Part shown: in pieces, positions 1-9,684 of the stretch
Position numbering within the stretch: position 1 is the first letter of the stretch
How the letters are laid out: each line of letters opens with the position of its first letter
Assembly (NCBI GenBank): GCA_041687805.1
Contig: JBDNJK010000084.1
Coordinates: 2,965-66,964 of the forward strand
Source of the DNA: Acidimicrobiales bacterium
GTDB taxonomy: Bacteria > Actinomycetota > Acidimicrobiia > Acidimicrobiales > Aldehydirespiratoraceae
Direction: 5' to 3'
DNA length: 64,000 nucleotides
Translations under genes and position numbers: made by a program
The notes under the pieces: model-generated
What the model saw: the letters and a program-made list of their open reading frames with translations, nothing else
Database searches by the model: none
What the model was told of the DNA's origin: nothing

Positions 1-41
1 CGCACCTCCGCATTCGTCCCTCGCCCACAGCGAAAGAGCCG

Positions 42-833
42 GTGATGACTGAGCCGATACCCTCCGTCGATCCTCACCTGGTCGAGTTCGCCGTCGAGTT
101 GGCTCGCTCCGCCGGAAGGCTCACGCTCGATTGGTTTCAATCTGCATCATTGACCGTCGATCACAAAGTTGATGGATCACCCGTCACGGCTGCCGATCTG
201 GCAGCCGAGACTCATATTCGCGACCGCATCGCTCAACGATTTCCCGACGATGCCATCATCGGTGAGGAACATCCCGACACCACCGGCACATCCGGGCGCA
301 CCTGGGTCATAGATCCGATCGACGGCACCAAAGCGTTCACCAAGGGTGTGCCGCTCTACAGCAATCTCATAGCGCTGATCGATGCTCACGGCCCGGCGAT
401 TGGGGTAATCAATCTTCCGGGGCTTGATGAGACAGTGGCCGCCGGACGCGGCCTTGGATGCACCCATCAGGGACAGCCCTGCCGGGTGAACGATCACGCC
501 ACCATCGACGGTGCCTACATCTGTACCAGCGAGACCGGCTACTGGCCAGGCGAGACGCTAGATCGAGTGCTCAAAAGCCCCGCTTCACTACGCACCTGGG
601 GAGATGCCTACGGCTACGCGCTTGTCGCAACAGGTCGGACGGAGGCCATGATCGACCCCCAAGTATACCCGTGGGACATTGCACCGATGTCGGTGATCAT
701 CCCCGAGGCAGGCGGGAGGTTCACCACAACCGACGGCAGCGCCGAATGGCGCGGCGGGTCGGGTGTGGCCACCAACGGCGTGATCCACCAGCAGATTCTC
801 GACCTGCTCAGCGGAGCCGGAGATCCTCGGTAG
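42..833 (+). CDS. hisN: Inositol monophosphatase family protein, probable histidinol-phosphatase
   Basis: IMPase motifs GEE, WVIDPIDGTK and WDIAP; DGSPVTxAD and RTWGDAYGY segments are typical of the HisN branch. Confidence 0.75.
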   Translation: MMTEPIPSVDPHLVEFAVELARSAGRLTLDWFQSASLTVDHKVDGSPVTAADLAAETHIRDRIAQRFPDDAIIGEEHPDTTGTSGRTWVIDPIDGTKAFTKGVPLYSNLIALIDAHGPAIGVINLPGLDETVAAGRGLGCTHQGQPCRVNDHATIDGAYICTSETGYWPGETLDRVLKSPASLRTWGDAYGYALVATGRTEAMIDPQVYPWDIAPMSVIIPEAGGRFTTTDGSAEWRGGSGVATNGVIHQQILDLLSGAGDPR

Positions 834-839
834 TTGCTG

Positions 840-1790
840 CTAGCGGACCATGGCCGCGATGGCCGGGGCATCAGACTCGATCAGATTGATCTGCTCCATA
901 CGATCGCCGAAGCGGGTCGCATCACCAATGTCTTTGGCGTAGGTCGCCTTGCGACGTGCAACCCGGCCGGTCACTTCGCCCGGATCAGAAGTTCGACCCA
1001 TGTACTGCGACTCAAGCCCTTCCTTGAGCATGAGCAACGACTCCGACCGAAGCTGAGAGATTCTCGACTCTGTCACACCGAGAAACTCGGCCAAGTCCTG
1101 TGAGGATCGACCTTCGAGGAAGTAACCGATGACCACCGTGCGGTGACGCTCAGGAAGCAGCGAGATGGCATCTCTGAGGTAGGAATGAAGTTCACGAGTC
1201 TCGAGTTCTTCGGACGGCTCGACGGCGCAATGATCGACCAACACGTCGACGAGCGTGAGGTCCTTCTCGACCCCATCGGAAGTCTCATGTTCGAGAGCAA
1301 GTACGACACTTTTAAACATGCGATCCTGCAGACGATGCAGTTCGTCGCTATTCATTCCGAGGGCCTCAGCTATTTCTTCCTTGCTCGGAATACGACCGAG
1401 TTGAGTGGCGAGGCTCTGCTCGGTGTTTTCGAGCTTGCGAGCGAGGTTGCGCACCGAGCGGGGCGCCCAGTCGGCGGCCCGCACTGAGTCGAGAATGGCA
1501 CCGCGAATACGCTGAGCGGCGAAACGTTCGAATGGCACACCGCGGCTCGCGTCGTAGCGACGAGCCGCCTCTACCAAGCCAAGTGCACCGGCTCGGGCGA
1601 GATCGTCACGGTCCACGTGACGGGGAAAGTGAACCGCCACCTGAAACACAACGTGCTTCACCAGCGGAAGGTTGGCTTCGATCATCTCGGCCAATTCTGG
1701 CTCAATCGAACCTGCGCCGGATTGCGGCCTCTGGTTCGTTCGCTGAGCTCTGCGCCCTCTGACTGGTTTAACCGTGTCGCCCTTGTTCAT
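840..1790 (-). CDS. FliA/WhiG-family (sigma-28) RNA polymerase sigma factor
   Basis: GLVEAARRYD...F..FA..RIRGAILD.VR..DW.PRSVR (region 2) and LGVTESRISQL (region 4). Confidence 0.9.
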   Translation of the reverse strand: MNKGDTVKPVRGRRAQRTNQRPQSGAGSIEPELAEMIEANLPLVKHVVFQVAVHFPRHVDRDDLARAGALGLVEAARRYDASRGVPFERFAAQRIRGAILDSVRAADWAPRSVRNLARKLENTEQSLATQLGRIPSKEEIAEALGMNSDELHRLQDRMFKSVVLALEHETSDGVEKDLTLVDVLVDHCAVEPSEELETRELHSYLRDAISLLPERHRTVVIGYFLEGRSSQDLAEFLGVTESRISQLRSESLLMLKEGLESQYMGRTSDPGEVTGRVARRKATYAKDIGDATRFGDRMEQINLIESDAPAIAAMVR

Positions 1791-1859
1791 CGCCCTGATG
1801 TCTTCCTGTTAGTGCCGGGGCTCGGACTCCATTTGTTCGAGCTTCTAGCAGCGACGGAT

Positions 1860-1887
1860 ACTTCGGCAGGTTCTGAACTCGACTTTA
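1860..1887 (-). promoter_or_regulatory. Putative sigma-28 promoter upstream of the sigma-28 gene itself
   Basis: Minus strand reads TAAA-N16-GCCGAAGT, matching the FliA/WhiG consensus, 70 bp upstream of the ATG. Confidence 0.6.
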
Positions 1888-1931
1888 GAGATTCGTCGAA
1901 AAAGATCTCAAAACCCTTGAATAGGCGGATA

Positions 1932-2921
1932 TCAGGTGAAGATCGACAAACCCTCGAACTTCATGGCGTGCAGCCCACGGGCACGAAGATCACGCAGCAT
2001 GAGTAGCGGCTGGTCGACCTCAGCCAACCCATACGCTCCCGGGCCGCACCGTCCTGCCAGCACATGAACGGCCGCAGTCGCAGCAACCGCTCCAGTGGCC
2101 ACCGCAGGCCGATCTACCGCGCCAGTCACAGACACTCGCCGTTCATTACCGATCAGGCCACGGATCTCGACGCGAACAGCTCCCGTGCCACCCTCAGGAT
2201 GCGGCTTCCAGAGCATCGGGAGAGGCGAAGTCAGACGATCGCGGCGTGTCGCCGAAACTCTCGCCGTCACTCTCGACACCCTCGGGAACGCCGGAACCAG
2301 CAGGAGTGCGTCGGGCAGTCCGCCGCGATAGCAATCGCGTCCTCCGATCGGATCAGGGAACCACACCAACTCTCGCCCCGACCCACCCGGGCGACGCTTC
2401 CAACGCCCATCTCTCCAGTCGACGCTGCTCGAACTCAACGCCCGGTGATGCTGACGAGCACAGGCCGGCCCACCCGCACCGACCTTGGCCACGTGAATTT
2501 CTTCGACCTTGTCGAACTCCGCGGCACCGTGGCGAGCCAGTAGACAGCTCATGCCGGGCATGAAACCCGCGCCCACCAGCACCGGAACGCCGTGATACCT
2601 CGCCTCTTGGTCGATGGCCAACAACCGGCGGACTTCCGACAGATCGTCAGACGTTGCGACCGCCGGAATGCCGGCTTCGACAGCCATGCGCACCCAACGC
2701 AGTTGAGTTCCTGAAGGGGTGGCAACGATCACCACTGCTACGTCCGGGTTGATCCCAGATGCATGGCCGGCCTCGACTCCAGCCCCCAACGATCTTGCAA
2801 CTCTGCCCGTCCGATCCTGATTTGAATCGAAAATCTCGACAGTCGAAACCCCTGGCGATGATCGAAGCTGACGAGCTATTCGAGCTCCAGTCGCTCCCGC
2901 GCCCACCACCATCACCCTCAT
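1932..2921 (-). CDS. NAD(P)-binding oxidoreductase, saccharopine dehydrogenase-like
   Basis: N-terminal Rossmann motif VVGAGATG; GAGFMPG segment. Confidence 0.65.
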   Translation of the reverse strand: MRVMVVGAGATGARIARQLRSSPGVSTVEIFDSNQDRTGRVARSLGAGVEAGHASGINPDVAVVIVATPSGTQLRWVRMAVEAGIPAVATSDDLSEVRRLLAIDQEARYHGVPVLVGAGFMPGMSCLLARHGAAEFDKVEEIHVAKVGAGGPACARQHHRALSSSSVDWRDGRWKRRPGGSGRELVWFPDPIGGRDCYRGGLPDALLLVPAFPRVSRVTARVSATRRDRLTSPLPMLWKPHPEGGTGAVRVEIRGLIGNERRVSVTGAVDRPAVATGAVAATAAVHVLAGRCGPGAYGLAEVDQPLLMLRDLRARGLHAMKFEGLSIFT

Positions 2922-2941
2922 GTCGGAGTCACCTCAGCCAC

Positions 2942-3094
2942 TCAGCGCAGATCTTCGCCACGGAGCTCGCGCCAACCGCCAGTTTGGGGCGGCACGCCGC
3001 CGCCTCCCCGCACGCGAATAGCCGCCGCCACAGCAATACCGGCTCCAATGGCCACAACACTGCGACGAATCAGAGTAACCAGTCCACCACCCAT
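2942..3094 (-). CDS. Small (50 aa) single-TM hypothetical protein
   Basis: GGAGG RBS before the ATG at 3094; hydrophobic VVAIGAGIAVAAAI; co-oriented with its neighbours. Confidence 0.55.
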   Translation of the reverse strand: MGGGLVTLIRRSVVAIGAGIAVAAAIRVRGGGGVPPQTGGWRELRGEDLR

Positions 3095-3135
3095 GGTTTC
3101 CTCCGGTTGGTCGGGGTAACTCAGCACACGGAACG

Positions 3136-3209
<74 letters not shown>

Positions 3210-3223
3210 GTGAGGCGATCACG

Positions 3224-4042
3224 CTACCGGTCGTCGGTGGTGGTCGCCACCTCCGGATCGTCATCTCCAACGAAGTCTCCGGGCATTGGGATCGAGCTCG
3301 TCGACGCCGCTGGGAGCGGTGTTTCGGCCTCCGGCTGAGCTGGAGCCGCGGTCGGCTCGTTGCCCTGGGCAACCGAGCGCCTCAGCAGGCCAGGACGAGG
3401 CCTGAGACGCTTCGGCCTAGGACGAGCAGTCTCCTCTTCGACGACAGTGAGACGAATGCCGCCGGTGACGTCGCTGATGAGATTGAAAAGCACGGCCATG
3501 AGCACTGTGAACCCCGCTCCGGCGACGACGAGAACTAGGCCACCCACCGCGCTGGCGCGAAAGATCTGATCAGCGTTGAAGGCAAAACTGTCGAGCGCGA
3601 AGAGCTTCTGGATGAAGTTCTCGATGTTGTCGATGGTGCCCGACCCAACGGCCAGGCTCCAGAGGATCACACCGGCGATGAGAATGATTCCCCACAAACA
3701 GAAATAGAAGATGAGCGACATCTTCAACACCGACCAAGGCTCGATATGGCGAACCAAGCGGCGTACGCGCCTGGCGCGAAGCTTTCCGGCCATGTGCCGA
3801 TCAATGAGCGCGGGTCGCGATACGGCGGCGACCTTGACCACCGGCACCGCTACGGGTGCGGGCACGTCGGCAACTGGCGGGACCTTTTTGACTGGATCTG
3901 GTTCATCAGATTCATCCAAAGAATCACCAGATGCCGGAGGCATGACCCAGTCATCGCCGGTTGCCGTCCGGAACAGTTCTTCTTCTTGCTCGGGCAGGTT
4001 CGTCATCACTCGCGTTCGGCCGACCTCAGGCGGGTCTGGCAC
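3224..4042 (-). CDS. DUF3566-type membrane protein
   Basis: RHIEPWSVLKMS and LFNLISDVTGGI motifs, TM helices, conserved position after gyrA. Start placed at a GTG 6 nt after a TACACT -10 (leaderless). Confidence 0.8.
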   Translation of the reverse strand: MPDPPEVGRTRVMTNLPEQEEELFRTATGDDWVMPPASGDSLDESDEPDPVKKVPPVADVPAPVAVPVVKVAAVSRPALIDRHMAGKLRARRVRRLVRHIEPWSVLKMSLIFYFCLWGIILIAGVILWSLAVGSGTIDNIENFIQKLFALDSFAFNADQIFRASAVGGLVLVVAGAGFTVLMAVLFNLISDVTGGIRLTVVEEETARPRPKRLRPRPGLLRRSVAQGNEPTAAPAQPEAETPLPAASTSSIPMPGDFVGDDDPEVATTTDDR

Positions 4043-4118
4043 ACCGCGAGTGTATGCCACAGCGACCAGCGGGCCTCCTCACCGGGTCGGTGAGACCATC
4101 ACGCGATGGGTGGACGCC

Positions 4119-4469
4119 CTATTCGTCGGCGCGGGCAATCCACTGCACGTCTGCGGTGGCCCTGGCGGCCGCAGTGGCCTCGCCCACTCTTACTTCCACA
4201 TCGGCGGTGCCGTCGCTTAGCTCGAAGCCAACCAACTCCCCGCCGTTGCCCGAGGCCATCTCCTCGGCTGCTACGCGTCCATCGACCGCGCCGGCCAGAG
4301 CGGCAGCATCAGCCGCTGTGCGGGCACGTGCGAAGTCGTCGAGCGCTGTTCCGAGCCTCATCAGCACAACCAGCGACACGACCGTCAGCATCACAACCAG
4401 GGCCATAAGGGGAACCACTTGTCCGGATTCCCGGCCCGACATTGGACGTTTGACACCGAAATAATTCAC
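4119..4469 (-). CDS. TadE/TadG-like pseudopilin (Rv3654c-like)
   Basis: ESG/Q prepilin-like motif plus hydrophobic helix and ARARTAADAAALAGA; GGAGG RBS before GTG at 4469. Confidence 0.7.
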   Translation of the reverse strand: MNYFGVKRPMSGRESGQVVPLMALVVMLTVVSLVVLMRLGTALDDFARARTAADAAALAGAVDGRVAAEEMASGNGGELVGFELSDGTADVEVRVGEATAAARATADVQWIARADE

Positions 4470-4525
4470 GAGCTTCCTCCACTTCTGAAACTGCAAGGGG
4501 GGGGAAGTGGGAAAAGTCGTATGCC

Positions 4526-7042
4526 TCAGGGGGACGCGGTGTCGTCGTCTGTATCAGCATCGTCTGTGTCAGCGAGGTTTTCCTCGTTGAGCTTGACCAA
4601 AGCGATCGACGCAACGATGTCGTCTTCATCGGGGCTGATTACCTTGACCCCGCTCGCCGAGCGACCCTGCACCGAGATGTCGGAGGTTCGGGTACGCATC
4701 AACACGCCGGCTCTGGTGACAGCAAGCACTTCGTCGTCTTCCTCGACGATGAGAGTGCCGATCACCTCGCCACGGCCTTCCATGACCTTGATCCCTCGCA
4801 CGCCCATGCCACCGCGACCCTTTCGCGGGTACTCCTCGACATTCGTTCGTTTGCCATAACCGGCCTCGGTAATGTGCAACAGGGTGGTGCCGTCGCGGGC
4901 GATGTCGCAGCCAACGACACAGTCGCCATCTTTCTTGAACCGAATTCCCTTGACCCCGGCGGCGTTTCTTCCCATCTCCCGAACTTCGCTCTCGTTGAAG
5001 CGGATGGTCTGACCGAGCCTGGATGACAACAAAATATTGTGGATGCCGTTGGTGGGTACCACCTCGACTAGTTCGTCGTCGTCGTTGAGTTTCACCGCAA
5101 TCAGGCCAGCCCTCAGCGAAGAGTCGTAGGCGTTGAAGCGAGTCTTTTTCACCCGGCCACGCGCTGTTGCGAAGAAAAGGTAGCGATTGGTCTCGTAGTC
5201 GCGCGTGTCGATGATCGCCCTGATCGTCTCGCCATCCTGCAACGGCAGAAGGTTGACGATGGCCATACCGCGCGCCGTGCGCGAGGTGACGGGAATCTCA
5301 TGGGCCTTGAGGCGATAGACGCGCCCTCTCGACGAGAAGAAGAGCAGATACGAATGTGCGGTGGTCTGGATCAGGTGGGTGACCGTGTCTTCGTCCTTGA
5401 GACGAGCGCCGGCCACTCCCCTGCCACCTCGACCCTGAGTGCGGAAGTCCTCGGCTGGAACTGTCTTCACGTATCCCGAGGCAGACATGGTGAAGACCAG
5501 ATCGTCGTCGTCGATCAGGTCTTCGATGTCGAATTCGCCAGGATCTATCTCAAGGCTCGAATGGCGGGGTTCGCCGAATTTGTCATCGATCGCTGTGATC
5601 TCGTCGGTGATCACGCCACGCAGTTTGTTGTCGTCGCCAAGAATCGACTCGAGTTCGCTGATCACAGCTCGTTTGTCGGATGCTTCACCCTCGAGCGTCT
5701 CGCGACCAAGCCGGGTAAGGCGCACCAACTGCATCTCAAGGATGTGGTTTGCCTGAATTTCGGAGAACTCGAATGGCGCTGCCATGAGAGACGTACGTGC
5801 CATGGCCCGATCGGCGCTGGCTCGAATCGCGGCGATGATCTCGTCGATCAGGTCAAGCGCCTTGATCAGGCCTTCGAGAATATGCAGTCGCTTCTGGGCC
5901 TCATCGAGTCGGTATTGCGAGCGACGAGTGACAACCTCGATCTGGTGCTTGACGTATGCAACCAACGCGTCGCGCAAGGTGAGGGTGCGAGGCACGCCTT
6001 CGACCAAAGCCACCATGTTGATGGCAAAGCTCGACTGCAGTTGGGTGTACTTCCAGAGCTTGTTGAGCACCACGTCGGGGTTGGCATCACGCTTAAGGGT
6101 GACAACGAAACGTGTGTCGTCGCCGGCAGACAGGTCGTTGACGTTGGAGATCCCGTCGAGCACGCCCGATTTAACCAACTCAACGATCTTGCGAGCAACC
6201 GCTCCCACCGACACTTGGTAGGGCATGGCGGTAACGACCAGGCTGGTTCGTCCCTTGACCTCGGTGATGTCGACGTTGGCACGCATCTTCACCGAGCCAC
6301 GCCCGGTGCGGTATGCCGACTCGATACCGACGCGGCCGAGAATCTTGCCGCCAGTGGGGAAATCAGGCCCTCGTACGAACTCCATGAGGTCGTCGGTGGT
6401 GGCAGAGGGATTGACCAGCAGATGCTTTACCGCCCCGATCACCTCACCCAAATTGTGGGGCGGGATGTTGGTGGCCATACCCACCGCGATGCCCTGCGAC
6501 CCGTTGACCAGAAGGTTTGGGAACCGCGAAGGCAGCACCGCTGGCTCAGTGAAGTCACCCGAGTAGTTGTCGATGAAGTCGACGGTGTCTTCGTCGATGT
6601 TGGCCAGCATCTGCATTGCCAACCGGTCGAGCCGGGACTCGGTGTATCGAGCCGCAGCCGGGCGATCTTCGGGCGAGCCGTAGTTGCCGTGGAAGTCGAT
6701 TAGTGGGTGACGCAGCGAGAAAGGCTGAGCCATACGAGCCAGCGCTTCGTAGATGGCGGAGTCTCCGTGGGGGTGGAAACGCGCCATGACATCGCCAACA
6801 ACGCGAGCACATTTCACGTAGTTGCGGTCGGGTCGGAACCCTTGGTCGAACATCGACCACAGGATCCTGCGGTGAACTGGCTTGAGACCGTCACGGGCAT
6901 CAGGTAGGGCCCTGCTGATGATGACCGACATGGCGTAATCGAGGAAGGAGCGTTCCATCTCCTCCTGGATCTCGATCAGCGCATGAGTCTCTTCTTCATC
7001 GCCGGGTTCGGTATCGACGTCGATTGGTGGGACATCACTCAT
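4526..7042 (-). CDS. gyrA: DNA gyrase subunit A
   Basis: DGLKPVHRR, HPHGDSAIY, AAARYTE and an intact GyrA-box QGRGGRG. Confidence 0.98.
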   Translation of the reverse strand: MSDVPPIDVDTEPGDEEETHALIEIQEEMERSFLDYAMSVIISRALPDARDGLKPVHRRILWSMFDQGFRPDRNYVKCARVVGDVMARFHPHGDSAIYEALARMAQPFSLRHPLIDFHGNYGSPEDRPAAARYTESRLDRLAMQMLANIDEDTVDFIDNYSGDFTEPAVLPSRFPNLLVNGSQGIAVGMATNIPPHNLGEVIGAVKHLLVNPSATTDDLMEFVRGPDFPTGGKILGRVGIESAYRTGRGSVKMRANVDITEVKGRTSLVVTAMPYQVSVGAVARKIVELVKSGVLDGISNVNDLSAGDDTRFVVTLKRDANPDVVLNKLWKYTQLQSSFAINMVALVEGVPRTLTLRDALVAYVKHQIEVVTRRSQYRLDEAQKRLHILEGLIKALDLIDEIIAAIRASADRAMARTSLMAAPFEFSEIQANHILEMQLVRLTRLGRETLEGEASDKRAVISELESILGDDNKLRGVITDEITAIDDKFGEPRHSSLEIDPGEFDIEDLIDDDDLVFTMSASGYVKTVPAEDFRTQGRGGRGVAGARLKDEDTVTHLIQTTAHSYLLFFSSRGRVYRLKAHEIPVTSRTARGMAIVNLLPLQDGETIRAIIDTRDYETNRYLFFATARGRVKKTRFNAYDSSLRAGLIAVKLNDDDELVEVVPTNGIHNILLSSRLGQTIRFNESEVREMGRNAAGVKGIRFKKDGDCVVGCDIARDGTTLLHITEAGYGKRTNVEEYPRKGRGGMGVRGIKVMEGRGEVIGTLIVEEDDEVLAVTRAGVLMRTRTSDISVQGRSASGVKVISPDEDDIVASIALVKLNEENLADTDDADTDDDTASP

Positions 7043-7058
7043 TTACGGAACCAGCCAT

Positions 7059-9149
7059 TCAGAAATCGAGGTTTCGTACTTCGCGGGCGTTGGTGACGAT
7101 GAAGTTGCGTCGCAATGACACGTCGTCGCCCATCAGAATCGAGGTGACCTCGTCGGCCAGAGCTGCTTGCTCGACCTCGATCCTCAACATGCTGCGCGAG
7201 GCGGAATCCATGGTGGTGGATTTCAATTCGTCCCAATCCATCTCGCCTAGGCCTTTGAGACGCTGGAAGTCTTTGCTGTAGTTGGGACGCTCGGCAAGGA
7301 ACTCGTCCTTGGCGACATCATCCTTCAGGTAGACCGTGTTGTTGGTGGAGAGTTTGGTGGAATACAGCGGCGGCTGAGCGATATAGATGTAGCCGGCCTC
7401 AACCATCGGGCGCATTTGTCGGTAGAAGAACGTGAGTAGCAGGGTGCGGATGTGGCTGCCATCGACATCAGCATCGGCCAGCAAAATGATCTTGTGGTAG
7501 CGGGCCTCTTCGATGTTGAACTCATCACCAAATCCGGCACCGATGGCGGTGATCAGGGCCTGGACTTCGTTGTTTTTCAACATTTTGTCGACGCGGGCCC
7601 GTTCGACGTTGAGAATCTTGCCGCGGATCGGAAGGATCGCTTGGGTTTCGGGGTCGCGGGCGCGCACCGCCGACCCGCCTGCCGAATCGCCTTCCACTAT
7701 GAACAACTCGCGAAGCACGGGATCTTTGGCCGAACAATCCTTGAGTTTGTCGGGCATTCCTGCTCCATCGAGGAGCGACTTCGATCGGATCGCCTTGCGG
7801 GCATCAGCCGCGGCCATGCGTGCCCTCGAGGCGCTGAGCCCCTTACCGACTATGCGTTTGGCTTCATTGGGGTGCTCTTCGAGCCATTCGGCAAGCTTCT
7901 CGTTGGTTACCTTCTCAACGAGTGACCTCATGGAAACGTTGCCCAGTTTCGATTTGGTTTGACCCTCGAACTGTGGCTCACCGATACGTACGCTGATGAT
8001 CGCAGTCAGACCCTCGCGAATGTCTTCGCCTTGGAGGTTGGGCTCCTTCTCCCTGAGCAGTCCTTTCTCGCGGCAATAGGCGTTTACGGTGCGGGTGAGC
8101 GCCGTGCGGAAGCCTTGCTCGTGCATGCCGCCCTCGATAGTGGCGATGCCGTTGGCGAAGCTGTGAAGGCCGTCGGAGTTGAAGCCGGTGTTCCATTGGA
8201 AGGCGACTTCCACCTCGTGGGCATTGTCGACAATGTCTTCGCTGCCGGAGAAAAAGCCGACTTCGGAGAAGAGCGCCTCCTTGGAAGCGTTGACGTGCCT
8301 GACGAAATCAATGATGCCGCCGTCGTATTTGAAGACGGTCCATCCATCTGCACCGCTGATCGTATCGACCGGGGCTTCGTTACCCCGATCTGATGACTCA
8401 TCATTTGACGACTCGTCAGAATCAGGCTCGGCTTCTGTCGGCTCTGCCGGCAGGTCACCGTCGAGCATGGGGGGCGGGGTCTTTGCATCTGGCCGGAGAT
8501 CTCGAATTCTGATCTCGAGTCCACGATTGAGAAACGCCATCATCTGGAATCGCTCGAGAAGCGTCTTGAACCGAAACACGATCTCATCGAAGACCGTCGG
8601 ATCGGGCCAAAATCTCACTGTCGTGCCGGTTCGGGCCTCGCCATTCACAACGGGCGCCTCGCCAATCGGTGTGAGTTTCTCCGACAGCTCGCCGCCGTCG
8701 ACAAATGCCATCGCATACCGGCTGCCGTGACGATCGATCTCCACCTCAACTCGACTCGACAAGGCGTTGACCACAGACACGCCGACACCATGAAGACCAC
8801 CCGAGACCTTGTAACCCTGTCCACCGAACTTGCCACCCGCGTGCAGCACGGTGAGCACCACCTCGGCAGCGCTCATATCGGGAAATTTCGGGTGTCTTTT
8901 AACCGGTATTCCACGGCCGTTGTCGACTACTTCACAACCGCCATCGGCGAGAATCGTGATGTCGATACGACTGCAATATCCGGCCATTGCTTCATCGATC
9001 GAATTATCGACCACTTCCCACACCAGATGGTGAAGGCCAGTGATGCCGGTGGAGCCGATGTACATACCCGGGCGGCGACGAACTGCCTCCAGCCCTTCCA
9101 GGACAGTGATGTCGTGGGCTCCATATGAAGATTCGCTCTTGGAGGTCAA
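7059..9149 (-). CDS. gyrB: DNA gyrase subunit B
   Basis: LEGLEAVRRRPGMYIG, GGLHGVG, EGDSAGG, PIRGKILN and DADVDG motifs; TTG start. Confidence 0.98.
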   Translation of the reverse strand: MTSKSESSYGAHDITVLEGLEAVRRRPGMYIGSTGITGLHHLVWEVVDNSIDEAMAGYCSRIDITILADGGCEVVDNGRGIPVKRHPKFPDMSAAEVVLTVLHAGGKFGGQGYKVSGGLHGVGVSVVNALSSRVEVEIDRHGSRYAMAFVDGGELSEKLTPIGEAPVVNGEARTGTTVRFWPDPTVFDEIVFRFKTLLERFQMMAFLNRGLEIRIRDLRPDAKTPPPMLDGDLPAEPTEAEPDSDESSNDESSDRGNEAPVDTISGADGWTVFKYDGGIIDFVRHVNASKEALFSEVGFFSGSEDIVDNAHEVEVAFQWNTGFNSDGLHSFANGIATIEGGMHEQGFRTALTRTVNAYCREKGLLREKEPNLQGEDIREGLTAIISVRIGEPQFEGQTKSKLGNVSMRSLVEKVTNEKLAEWLEEHPNEAKRIVGKGLSASRARMAAADARKAIRSKSLLDGAGMPDKLKDCSAKDPVLRELFIVEGDSAGGSAVRARDPETQAILPIRGKILNVERARVDKMLKNNEVQALITAIGAGFGDEFNIEEARYHKIILLADADVDGSHIRTLLLTFFYRQMRPMVEAGYIYIAQPPLYSTKLSTNNTVYLKDDVAKDEFLAERPNYSKDFQRLKGLGEMDWDELKSTTMDSASRSMLRIEVEQAALADEVTSILMGDDVSLRRNFIVTNAREVRNLDF

Positions 9150-9165
9150 ACTTGCCGAGTCCTTT

Positions 9166-9193
9166 TCCGAATTATCGGGTCCGAATTATCGGG
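9166..9193. repeat. 14-bp tandem duplication (TCCGAATTATCGGG x2) in the gyrB leader
   Basis: Two exact adjacent copies, each a CCGA-N4-TCGG palindrome. Confidence 0.85.
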
Positions 9194-9345
9194 CGATGCA
9201 GGCCCGTATTTCGTGGTCATCTCGCGACCATGGGCAGTGCACCGCGAGTGGCGAAGAAATACTTCGCCGGATGGGTCGGGTAGCTCGTTGAGCGATGTTC
9301 GACAGGCCCTCTCACGGTGGCGCAATTCTACCACCAGAGGTGTGA

Positions 9346-9684
9346 TTATCCGCGGCTGTCGACCCTTACGCGAATGTCGGTGATGGTTGACGTTTTTGTG
9401 ATCTCACCAACCCGAGAAACAACCTCATTGTGAAGCCATTTCAGCTCTGCCGCCCAGGCCGGATCATCGGCGGCGACGATGATCACATCGCCTTCGATCG
9501 CGGTAGGTCGCGAGTGGGCGGCCAGATCGACACCGACGATTTCGTCCCACCTCCCGAACACCGTCGACAGCACATCGGTGGACGGTGCGCGCAACGTTCC
9601 GAGAAGGTGCTCGATAGCAGCCGAAATGCTTCGCGGTTGCGTGTTCCCCCGACGTTTCATCTTACTCCACTGTGATTGTGCCAC
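9346..9684 (-). CDS. DUF721/DciA family protein
   Basis: W.EIVG..LAAH..P and WAAEL motifs; position between recF and gyrB. Confidence 0.85.
   Translation of the reverse strand: MAQSQWSKMKRRGNTQPRSISAAIEHLLGTLRAPSTDVLSTVFGRWDEIVGVDLAAHSRPTAIEGDVIIVAADDPAWAAELKWLHNEVVSRVGEITKTSTITDIRVRVDSRG

Noticed and set aside
4497-4504. G8 homopolymer as a phase-variation tract
   Set aside because: It lies outside the probable CDS, and 8 nt is unremarkable in GC-rich DNA.
5300-6703. 467-aa ORF antisense to gyrA, and similar long antisense ORFs over gyrB, dnaB, the sulfatase and ALDH
   Set aside because: These are shadow frames expected from high-GC codon bias; they have no motifs and fully overlap conserved genes.
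9288-9303. LexA-box-like TTGAGCGATGTTCGA upstream of gyrB
   Set aside because: Only one good half-site, and the spacing is wrong for CGAAC-N4-GTTCG.
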